Source: Marsupella aquatica (lineage: Eukaryota > Plantae > Marchantiophyta). From it: DNA of 64,000 nt. The notes beneath the pieces were generated by a model, which did no database searches, was not told the origin of the DNA, and saw nothing but the letters and a program-made list of their open reading frames with translations. Within the stretch, counting starts at the first letter, position 1; each line of letters starts with the position of its first letter. The stretch covers positions 3,237,801 through 3,301,800 of the forward strand of contig OZ316891.1 of assembly GCA_973895155.1 (NCBI GenBank), given 5' to 3'. Shown here one piece after another: positions 12,797-23,385 of the stretch. A program made the position numbers and the translations under genes.

Positions 12797-15700
12797 ATGT
12801 CACGGGTTATTAGGGTAAAATGTCCTGAAACGGGAGACGTGATTAGCGTTCCTGTGACTTACGGAGATGGTAATCAGCGTGTGAGTGAGGATTATCTTTG
12901 CGGAAGGTTTGATGTTAGGAGGAAAGACATTGAAAGCTTAGGGACAGTTGCCGAGGGGGTAGTGAATTCTTTTTACATTTTTGGTCAAAAATGGTGGGAA
13001 CTGCACTGCGGTGTCGAGTACACGCTTTTCCTCCGAGGAAAAGTAGTGAAACTAGAGACGGTGGATGCACCAACAGAGGTCATTGACCTCACGTCTGATG
13101 GCGATAACTCTTCCCCTGTCTCTCAATTGCCGATTGACATTAGGAACATCAAGCGTGAAGAGTGTCATTTGTTAATGAATTCATTTCCAATGCATCAATG
13201 TAGTACCTCAACGGAAGACAGTGGAGGTGACAAGCTTCTTAAATCTCCTTCTCTTGCTATAGTTTACAGAAGGAGCGCGTTAGACGCCCTTCTGAAATCG
13301 ACTGGTCATTTGAGTGAGCTATCTCGATTTGTACGATCAGAGACTTTCAAGCACGAGCAAGTAGAATTTCTTCCCAAAACTTACAACGGCAATGTCATAT
13401 TTGAGCTTCCGCCTGTCGATTGTGTGGGTTCAAAGGGGAAGCGTCTCCTGAACATGGACCGTTCGAAGGATTGCTATCTCTGGACTCGAATTCTTCCTAC
13501 TTCTGCAAATGTTTTGCCGAAGAAGATGTGGGAGTTTGGTAAAGTCAGCTGTAGCGGATCACTTGAATGCCAAAACAAATCATGCGAGTTTTATACCAGA
13601 ACAAATGGTAGGAATTGTAGCTCCTGGGAAGGGACCCCCAAGTTGGGAGGCCAACATTGTCCAGGAAAGTTGATTGATTCAGGAGGGATTGTTTGTCGGT
13701 ATTGTCTTCAACTTCCGTTCTGTTTGGACTCCTATTCCGCAAAAATGTTTTACATGTACCCACAAGTTCTCCTGGATTCGGCGACAACGCAACATATGTC
13801 ACGCCTTGCAGTGCATATGGGTGTCCATAACCATCCGTGTCGAAAGGTCTGGTCTAGAAGTTTGGAGATGATAGCGGTCGAAGAGATTCGGAAAGAGCAT
13901 TTGAAGAATCCTTCTTCCTTGCCAAGTGTTTTGAAAAATGCGATCACTGGATCTCTTAAGGATGCACTAGATGAATCTATCGATGACATCTTGAAGATGG
14001 AAGAGAGTGAGATTTGGCAATCACTTATGCTTGTTTCGACTCCGCAGAAGTTCTCTGCCTTGTTTAAGAGTGTCCGGAAAGATCAGGCCGGGCGAGGAGA
14101 CCTCAAATATCTGGTTCGGATGCAGAAGAATGTCAGGTTCCTGTTTGTTCAAAGGTATCTACTTCCAGGGCAAGGCTATAAGGAGGACCGAGCTCATATT
14201 TTCAAAATGACAATCAAAGGGCATGGATCCGGAGTAGATTTGTTGCGACAGATGAAAAAGGGTGGACCCCTTGAAGGTGCGTGGGTGAGTTTTGATGTCA
14301 TGAAACGAATGTCGAAAGATTGGAGTACTTTTAGCGCCCATGTTTATGACCATAACTATCAAGCTTTATGTACAATATTTACGTGTGAGCTGAAAGCGGA
14401 GGACACTGAATCTCTCGAGAAAGCATGGAGATTAATGATCGAGGTCGCTTTAGAAAATGGGGTAGATGATGTTCAAATTCATGGATTCATGGCTGATAAT
14501 GCTCAGTCGGGGTGGCGTGCGGTCAGAAACGTTTTCTTTGGGGGCCATCCAAATCCGGAGAAAGAGAGATCGGATGCTTTTCATTTTTACCAATCTTTGC
14601 ACCGCCATTCTATCGAAGGAGTGCTTGAAGACAAACGTTCTGAGCATCGCCTCCTCTGGGATAAGCTCATAAATGCATCAATGTTTGTCGAAGCTTACAA
14701 GATTTCCCGAGAAATTGATTTGTGGTGGAGATCCGGCAATTGCATTCCTGGGAAGCTTCGGATGCTGCAGGGGTGGATCTCTTGGTGGGTTGTAAGATGG
14801 CGGCAATGGGGAAATTTTATTCGACTTGTAAGTATCACCATTTTTTACTTATGGAATAGACACTTCCATACTAGCGCCTGGCGCTATTATTAACACCTTC
14901 TTTTTCTTGATTCTCTCAGCGTTTTGGTCAGCGCCTGGCGCTACCTTTAATTGATACATATTGTTGAAGAATATCAACTTATCTTCCAAAAGTAGATTTT
15001 GAGATTTGATGAACTCTGGCCGTCCTGCAGAGCAAAAGTGCACAAGAAGGAGGGATGATTCCTAACTGCACTGGATCTGAGGCAGTTCATGGTATCATGA
15101 AAGCTTTGCAAGGGAAGAAAACTGTTGGATTATTTGAGGGTTGTAAAATTGACCACAATCGTGCAATCTCTCAAATTGCTGCTTATACTGCCTATCGGAT
15201 GGGTTACATAGAGGAATAGGTCCTATGGTATTTGAACTAGCTTTCCGTTCAGCGGACCTGGCTGGATCCCCTCGATTGTTCGAAGAGGCTTCTAATTTGC
15301 TACTAGCTAATGCGGCGGAATTTGATTTGGAGAGGAGTACTCCATTGAACGGTGATTTTGTAACCAAATCTATCAAAAGAAAAGGTCCAGCGACAGGGAA
15401 TGTCTCGGCACAAGACTCCCATCGTCATGACACCATTCTGATAACAACACCGAATGCACGGGGTTTGAAACGGAGAAATCTGAACTCTGCTCAGTTTTCT
15501 CATATTCCACCAAGTGTTCCTGAGACACCGATCGATTTGACTGGGAGTGAGGGCCCGAGTGACTTGCCGGACGCATCTACTTCTGGTCCAGGTGAAGAAT
15601 TTTCCACATTACCAGAAGTCTCTCAAATGGACCAAACTCCAGTCCTCCCTGACACGTCGCTTTTGGAGTCGGACGTTGAACCTGGGTCTTGGCATCTTCA

Positions 15701-16544
15701 TCGAATTTCAAGACTTGGGCCTGGTCCTCAATGTAACGGGACATTGTCAAGTAGATGCGATCGTGATGAGTGTCGAAACCGGATTAAGAAGGTTGGATAT
15801 CCTTCTAATGCTGGAGTGATCGGAATTGTTGCGAAGGGACATCGCCTGTTCAGGAGTGAACCTCATGCCGAGTTCGTGTGGTTTTGCCCCAACGGCAGTT
15901 GTTGGAAAAGCCGCCCACGTCGAGGCATCGCTAACCTGCCTCCTTATCCAGTTTCCTTGCTAGTACTAACAGGAACACATTTGTCAAACTTGGAGTTACG
16001 TTTCCTGGAAGAACAGGGTGTTGCAATCTCCAGACAACACCACCAAAGCATGCCTGCCAACCCTACGCCTTTTGACTTGAGAATCAATATTGATGTTTTT
16101 CCTGAGAAGATAAATATGGCACAAATCAACGTCCGTGTTCGAACTAGGAATGGGCGCCCAATGAACCCCAGATCAAATCTTACTCAGGAATACCATAGAA
16201 GGATCGAATCTGCTGCGAAGGAAACAATGACTCTTATCACAGAATTGGACATTTCCTCAGGGAACTCATATGGGAAACGATTACTCATCCAAACACACGC
16301 TCATCTAAGGACGGCAAACACTTATTGGGTGCAGATTTGCGTATTCCCTTGTTGCTCTTGTGAGGACTTCTTTCGCCGACATTCTCGAGGAAGACCTTTC
16401 ATGCCTTGTAAACATTTGTACTGGGTTTACAAAACAATCTTCAAGCTTGATCCGTTGGATTCGGTCTTACCAAGCCAGCCAATTTTGACGGTTGGAGAAC
16501 TCCAGTACATCATAGGAAGGAGGAATTCGCATGGTTTAGAATAA
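12797..16544 (+). pseudogene. MULE/Mutator-like DDE transposase with GCM/WRKY-like Zn domain and C-terminal SWIM finger; 2 exons (12797-14827, 15031-16544), one frameshift near 15208
   Basis: Zn module CSGSLECQNKSC..CRYC..HMGVHNHP. Candidate catalytic triad WVSFD / GFMAD / PNCTGSEAVH, with the last in exon 2 (hand-translated from 15031). DAFH sits at the MULE CxxH position. SWIM CSCEDF..CKHLYWV. Phase-0 intron GTAAGT(14828)..CAG(15030). Confidence 0.85.
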
Positions 16545-16849
16545 TTCTTTTCAATCTACTAGACGTTGAACGGGCATTTTTGGGTTGCCATTTTTAACAG
16601 TAACAAATATTTTGTTAGCGGTCGGCGCTAGTTAAAGGCCGGCATTTTGTAATGTTGTTTTATCTGGCAACAAGTATTTGGGTAGCGCTCGGCGCTAGTA
16701 AACGGTCTTCCGATATTGTTGTATTTCGCCCTAAAAATATTGGAGTTCCGATTGAACTTGGTCTCCTTTTTGTCCATAATTATGTCATGTTTTGTCGATG
16801 ATAGTAGGTAATCTCCTGTTTTGTTGCACTCTTTTTCCTGTTATGAGCA

Positions 16850-16875
16850 TTACTGTTTCCTGTTTCCTGTCACGG
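16850..16875 (-). repeat. Right terminal inverted repeat
   Basis: TTACTGTTTCCTGTTTCCTGTCACGG is the inverse of the left TIR. Confidence 0.88.
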
Positions 16876-18539
16876 AGGTTGGGCCCGTCCTTCCATAGGG
16901 TAGCCTCTTCTCTGGACTGCAACTCCAACGGTAGAACTTGCCCTATGGCCATGGGAGTCCCGGGGGTGACAGACCTGGGTGGCATCCCCGTACTGACCTG
17001 AGCCTCCCGTAACGATTTCCGTACCTCCCGGAGCTCCTTCTCCAAGCCCTTGCTCTTCTCCTGACTCTTCTTGGCTCCATCCAACAAGGGCCCATACTTC
17101 CCACTAACCTCCTTCACCACCATCTCAATAGCCTGGGAGATCAAATCCGGGGGAAGTGTGGAGCTAGGTGTGCCGGGGCTCTTCCGTTTCCCCAGACTCA
17201 AGGCCTCACTCCTCTTTGCTCGTGTCTCAAAGGCGGCCACCTGACTCCGTAGTGCTCCCACCTGGTTTCTCCACTCCACCACTTCTCCAGAATCCTGCTT
17301 CTCTTTGGCCAATGCTTGTCTCAACGCTCCCACCTCTTCTGCTTCCTTGGCCTTGGTGGACAAGGCTCCCTTCAAGTTGGAGATCTCTACGTGAGCTGCT
17401 TGGAGAAGCTTAACCTTCTCATGAATGGTCCCCTCCTTGGCCTTGATCACCTCCTTCAGAGACAGGGTACTCTGCTCTACTCTGGCTGTGGCGTGCTTGA
17501 GAGAATCTCTCAATGCGTGGACTAGCTTGAGTCCCTCATGGACTCCCTCTCTGAAATCCCGTAGCTCTGCCAGGTAAACATCCGGAATGTTGTAGACCAG
17601 GGGCTTTTTTGGATCTCCCACGAGTGATTCAAGCCACTCCAACGTGTAGTCCTCATCCTGGTTTTCTTCTCCTCTATCGTCATCCCCACCAGCCGACGAT
17701 GATTCCTGCGTGAGCTTCCCTAAAACGGTAGTGGCAATACTCCGGATCTCCATGGTGAGAGATGATCCCGTGTCTTCCTGTCCCGGGGAACCAATCAACC
17801 TTTCTGCCCTGGCCAATACAAATGACCCCATCAAATGTACAGCCCCACCTGGTTTCACACTCCCGGGATCAGCGGCCAACAGCTTCTTCAACCCGTAGTA
17901 CCACCATCCGTACACATGGGCTGGGTAGTTCTTGATGTCCATAGCTACCACAAAATGCTCTTCATTCACCACCCCGGATTGCACGTTGCCAAGGACCCGT
18001 TGATGAACCTTGGCCAGGAATCCCTTATACTCAACATCCTTGACAGCGGAAAGAGGGATGGCAGTGGTGGAGGTGGGATTAATCACCCAAGTGGCCACCA
18101 TCTTCAACGTGAGTTCTCCCCTAATGTTCCGAGGTGTGAATGAGAATTTCTGATTCTCCAGAAACAGTAGCCTAGCCAACTCCCCATGGGGCACTACACG
18201 TTTGAGACATTCAAAGTAGATTCCCTTTGTTTGTAACTCCATCCCGGCCTCAATGTCCCAGCTCTTCCCCGGAGGGATGGTAATCTCCACCTTCATGAAT
18301 TCTGTAACCCCGGTGGCTTGGAAAATATTCCGACAATCCTCCATCACCTTGGTGGAGGTCTTGGGATAAATTCGACGAAAAATCCTCCTACCCACCGGTG
18401 TGGAACCTGCTGCCAATCCCGTGCTCATCGTAGCTTCTCTCTCTTCTCTCTCCCTTGCAATCAAAGTCTCCACGTAGTCACGGTAAGCAGCCTTGTATCT
18501 CCGAATGCATGCCACACTAAACTCCGGTTGATCTAGCAT
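16876..18539 (-). CDS. Retroelement accessory ORF (coiled-coil rich, unknown function), interrupted at 16875
   Basis: Long open frame (584-aa track ORF) whose last ~30 residues (RDRKQETVML...) are read from the TIR. Same strand as gag-pol, with a heptad-rich C-terminal half. Confidence 0.7.
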
Positions 18540-18889
18540 TCATGCATCCCGAAATCAAATCCTCAATCACCAAATCCCGTCACCCGTAGCAATGTCAATT
18601 CCCTGGCCCGAAACAGCCCCCGTAGCCCGATTAATTTATTTCTCTCAATCCCCTTCGTCGTCACTCCATGTTGCTGTCGTTAATGCCCGGACAGTCCCCG
18701 CAATCCCCCATGAGTGAACCTTGAGAAGAATTGGAGAGGGAGCTCAAATAATTGTAACATAAGGAGAAAGCTTTCGGCAATAAGAGAGAGAAACTCGAGT
18801 TTGCTTTCGGCAAGAGAAGGGTCGTGTGAAAAGGAGAAAAGAGGGGAGAGAAAAAAAAACAACGAAACCCTTCCCGGGAGCAGCTTTTC

Positions 18890-19430
18890 GCCTTGCGCCC
18901 CGGAGCCCTCCTTTGTCCCGACTCGCGGGAGTCCCCCTTCCTCGCAGCTCGTGTCCGTGCGGGCTCGCGGCCCCGCTGCCCGGTCACTCGCGGAGCCCTT
19001 AAGGGGGTTTTAATTTCCCCCTCCTCCCGCAGCTCGCGTCCTCGCACCTCGCACCTAGCAGCTCCCTGGTGGCTCGCGTCCCTATGCAGGGCTCGCTCGC
19101 CCCTCGCCACGCGGCTGCCCTAATATCCCCCAGTCCTGCTGCCGGCCGGCTCCCTGCCCCCTGGCTCACTCGCGGAGCTCGCGGCAGCTTCCACCAGCTG
19201 CCATTTAGTCCCCCTCATGGGGGTACAAGGTGCCTCCCCCGCTCCAGAGTGCTGCGCCCCTTTTTGGGGGATTTAATTTCCCCCCCGGCAGCCCCCCTTC
19301 ACTCGCGGACACCCCTGCTCGCGCGGCAACTCGCAGCAGCTCCCGCCCTCGTGGAGCTCGCGGCCCTCCTTCCCGGTCACTCACGGAAGGATTTAATGGG
19401 GGTTTAATTAAACCCCCCATACTCCCCCAG
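18890..19430. repeat. GC-rich degenerate repeats (CTCGCGG/GCAGCTC cores) in the putative LTR
   Basis: Many CACTCGCGGAGC- and GCTCGCGG-like units interspersed with TTTAATTTCCCC blocks. Confidence 0.6.
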
Positions 19431-19822
19431 TCCTGCCTGAGTGTTGCCTTAGAAGGGGTGTTACCAAAAAATTAAAAATGCTTATTTCCCGGACTTCCTT
19501 ACCTCCCCGGAAAGTCACGATTTTAAACCCCCCCAGGTTTTGCCCCATAATTACCCCGGGTCTAGACAAAACTGTTGGGGTCTCCGACTATCCCGAGATG
19601 CTTAAAAAAACTTTACAAACTTAAAGAACATTAACAAAACTCGCGTCTATGGGCTTATTTATTTACAGGTGTCTTGCTGGTGACACTAATGGTGACTTAC
19701 CGTGGCGGGACCCCGTTACACATAGCTGCGCTTCCTGATGTTTGGTCACACGATACAGGAATTTATGGGGACTCCCGGTAACCTGGAGCCCCTTGTAATG
19801 GTAGTTGTGGTCGAACTAAATT

Positions 19823-20270
19823 AACAAAACTTAGTGTCGAGGAGTTTTCCGTCTCTTAATCTTCGTGTTTTGAGCACGCTAGCTTTGAGATAGTACAAGT
19901 AATTGGAGATTGAAGAGTAAGTCAGATGGCAGGTTAGATGTTCTTCAAAGTGAAAGTGGAGCAAGGGCTCTGTAGTGAGCTACAGTATTTGCTAAGATTG
20001 AACATACTAATCACTTGTATATTGTCACTCTGACATACGGCCCGGAAGGGACCGGCCTGTTGTAAACGTATAGATATACTTGAGACAGTTTAGGCTATTC
20101 CATATATATATAGATGTATTTGTAGCTTGACACTTTTTGATCTGGAAGTGACCCGCATTACGATGTCGGCGAGTTCGCTTGAAATCAATGCTGCAACTGA
20201 AATTGCTATGAATTTTAGCTCTCTGGGTAGTTCTATGCCTAAATTTTTTGATAAGAACAGTTTGAATTCT
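19823..20270 (+). repeat. Homolog of the 3' flank of the permease genes
   Basis: Shares ACAAAACTTAGT..CGTCTCTT, AAGTCAGAT.GCAGGTT, AAGATTGAACA and TTTTTGATCTG.AAGTGAC..GCTTGAAATCAATGCT with 27248-27610 and, in part, 51470-51620. Confidence 0.75.
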
Positions 20271-23224
20271 TTGAAATTATGAACTTTCTGTTGATGCCTG
20301 AACTGACGTAGGTCCCCTGTGACACGGTATGCCCTGTTTTCTTGTCTGCTCGACTTGATCCAAAGTCTTGTTTCTAGATGAGGCATATTTGATTAGTTTT
20401 ACACTAGATAGAAGGCTTTGTAAGAACTAGATCTGTAAGATGCCAGCAGACACTAATAATTGCCAACGAGGATGGTCACCTCTGTGGTTCATTTTGATTT
20501 TGGTTGAATTTGGACTTGATGTGCATTGAAAGGGTTCTACTTGTCCAGCTAGTTCAGCAGCCAAAAAGGAGTCTAAAAATTAGGTTTCCTGAAGAAATAA
20601 CACTAGTTTTGGCTAGCCAGAGACTAACTTTGCTACCTACGTATATTCCACTTAGTCCTTTCTCAAGTCAAATTGTTTTTAACAGATAGCTCAAGAAACA
20701 AGATAACGAATGAGCATTCTCATTGAAGCACGAAAATCAATCTCAGTTACGACAAACGCAACACCGAGCGCAGCCTGACGAGGTTACAAAAAGTGTAGAC
20801 TTGACTGAGGTCAACAACAGAAAAAATGCCTAGCATGTCACAGTGGACTCGTCAATTGCTAGTCCTATCCACGGGCTAAAATGAACAACCGCAACCGTTC
20901 CACATCCAGCTCAACAGCAATATCCCGCTGACCTTGCTACAAGCTTCAATGCTCTCCTACAAAGGCCCTTCAGATCTCAGACAAGAGCAGCGAACAGCAA
21001 AAGCTCGACAAACATGACTGACCCTCTACTCGATTACTGACAGAGGCGACTCGCAACACCTTGAGGAGGGATTGCAGGAGACCTTTGTGCACTATTTTCG
21101 TTCCCCTGCATCAAGTGTGCTCGTCTCATCAACCATGGAGTCTTGTGAATGTTTGAATCTCTTTTTTCAGCTCAAGCATTTTGGAAGTCTTCCGTTCTTC
21201 AGTTATGACGATAGGATTATCAACGTTTCATGTATCTGTGCGTTGTGTTTAGTATGTTGTGGTATCAAAATCTTTTTGTCGTTTCGAACGTAGCTACGTC
21301 GTGGAATACCGGTGCAGAAATGTGATCTTGAAACGTCAGCGCAGCTCACAACATTGGAAAGGGCATCGAGGAAAATGGTTGGCACTTGAAACAAGACATT
21401 GCGTTCGACTGAATCGCCGTTCCCTGCACTCAACCATAGCTGTTCACTGCACTATTGAATCCCCATTTGTGATTCACATTCAAACATTGCAAAATCCCCA
21501 CAGCGAGAACGTGGAAATAATTCCACTGAAACCGAGCGAGCATTATTTGCAACATTTGGCGGGGACCATTTGTGATTCACATTCACATTTGTGATTGAAT
21601 TCTTGTCAGAGAATGAACGGAATTTGAGCCAATACCTGTACTAAACAACCGTCAATAGTGAACAGATAAGATCCTTTCTACGATTGGACATTGACCATGA
21701 TAGCCCTTAATTGTTCTTTAATTGTAAGTAGTGTGGGGTCCCAAGTCCAGCACTTGTGACGACTGCGGATAGCTCGGGTAGGGGTTGAATCGCCAGTGGG
21801 TCTGGTATCTTGTCAAGTCATGGAAGTGTTAAGGGAAAAGATCAGGGCTCAGGGCTAAACCGTTTTGCCAGAAGTTCCAGCATTTGTCTTCCCAGCTTCA
21901 CCAGTGCCTTGCCTGGTATTCTCTTTTGCAGCCTTGCTGTAATATACCTCCAATTGAGATCGGTGCCACATCAGGCCAACATGCTCCACAACTGCTCTAT
22001 AATTCACTGGGTTACATTATTCTGCAGCAGCCATGGTCACGATGTCTTCATCCTCTTGAATCCTGTGAAAGACCGCAGCATAGCAGACAGGCAAGAGCAA
22101 TAGGTAAGTATTAAAAACTGCGGCTGAAAATCCCCATAATACAACTTGATAGCTCGCTTGTAGCCACCCAAACTATGATGGTGTTACTCTCATCCCTTGG
22201 CTTGGTCATTTGATTACAAATGATGACTTCTGAGGATTAGAACATATATTCTTCATATATATACTTCTGGGGACCTACCACCCCAAACCAACTTTGGTCC
22301 CATATTTCTGGCCCCCACTACAGATCTAGTCAGGATCATAACTCTTCGCCTGTGACTCCATTAGGGGTGCTACATGTAGCATGGGGCATTCAGGTCAACA
22401 GGGAGCTCATGATGGTGCTATTTGGAAACACTCATGAAAAGCTTTGTCACAATGCCTTCTTGGCCTAAGGGGCTATTGGGCTCACAACATTAATCTGACA
22501 AGGAAATATCAAATTTTCTTTTAATTTGTCCATATCAAGTCAAGAGCTACACTGTGCAGATGTGTGATTTTGAGTGCCAAGACGACACTCACATATCTTA
22601 AACATCTGTTATATACTGTTTCAGCGGTGCTAGAAATTGAGTGTTTGTCAATGCTCACTATGACTATGACCAACAACGTTCTTCTCATAATTATTTCTTC
22701 CCCGTTGTTTGATTGTCAGAGTACCTGAAGGATTGAAAATGGCTTGGCAGTTGCTTGCAAAATTGGTAAATGGATAGTAACAATGCCACATTGAATAGTC
22801 TCAAAGTTCCTGTCACAGAATTGCCATCGCAGGCAGCAATAAAAACCTCCCACAAATCATGTCCAGGTCCATGAATTACCTAGGGGCCCGGTATATATAT
22901 TTACAACATCGGAGAAGGAGCCTGCTGCTAAAAATAAAATTATAGATACAGCGCATAATACAGCGCATATTTCTATTTATGTGGGTATTTCCACTTCGAC
23001 AGGTGGAAAAAAATAACGAGAGTTAAGCCCCAAAAGTCAAGTCCCATATTTTTTGGCACTTAACTTTCTGGTTAATTACTGGTTGAGACGCTGACTCACT
23101 AATGGTCTTTCCGGATTTTATTTCCAAGTCTGAATTAAGCCCAAATTTTCAGGCTTCAGGAACTCTCCGCCCAGTTTTCTTTCCAATTAACAGCACTAAT
23201 TACAGACTTGACGTTTGATGCGAG

Positions 23225-23385
23225 CCTACCCTTAGAATACTAGACATGGACCTTAAGCTCATGACACTGTTCTGGACGTGGACCTTAGGACACTAGATGG
23301 ACCTTAGCTAATGACGCTGTTCTAGACGTGGACCTCTAGCTGATGACGCTACCCTTAGGACACTAGATGTGCGTCATTAGCTTCA
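23225..23385. repeat. Short degenerate tandem repeat (TGGACCTTAG..TGACGCTGTTCTAGAC units)
   Basis: Four to five shuffled copies visible by eye. Confidence 0.6.

Larger units (their letters stand above)
6496..16697. repeat. Dispersed 15-bp palindrome TAGCGCCNGGCGCTA, 16 copies confined to the DNA transposon
   Basis: Exact or 1-2 mismatch copies start at 6496, 6680, 7517, 8634, 8716, 9519, 9590, 11033, 12253, 12358, 12461, 12565, 14872, 14929, 16616 and 16683. Confidence 0.92.
6368..16875. mobile_element. 10.5-kb TIR DNA transposon (MULE-like transposase plus ParB-methyltransferase cargo gene)
   Basis: 26-bp TIRs with one mismatch: CCGTGACAGGAAACAGAAAACAGTAA (6368-6393) and the reverse complement of 16850-16875, CCGTGACAGGAAACAGGAAACAGTAA. 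Contains two divergent spliced genes and interrupts an ORF of the host retroelement. Confidence 0.88.
1..19720 (-). mobile_element. Ty3/gypsy LTR retrotransposon (non-chromovirus, Athila/Phygy-like), decayed, truncated by the window edge and interrupted by a nested DNA transposon
   Basis: Order gag-PR-RT-RNaseH on the minus strand. tRNA-Asp-type PBS at 4965-4982. Minus strand starts TGTAACGGGG at 19720, a typical LTR start, and host-like sequence resumes just beyond it. The right boundary is inferred because the second LTR is outside the window. Confidence 0.8.

Noticed and set aside
20300-23200. Short ORFs here, and similar ones at 27.2-33.5 kb, 37-41 kb and 52-55 kb
   Set aside because: No recognisable motifs, short lengths and overlapping frames; consistent with non-coding or decayed repeat DNA.
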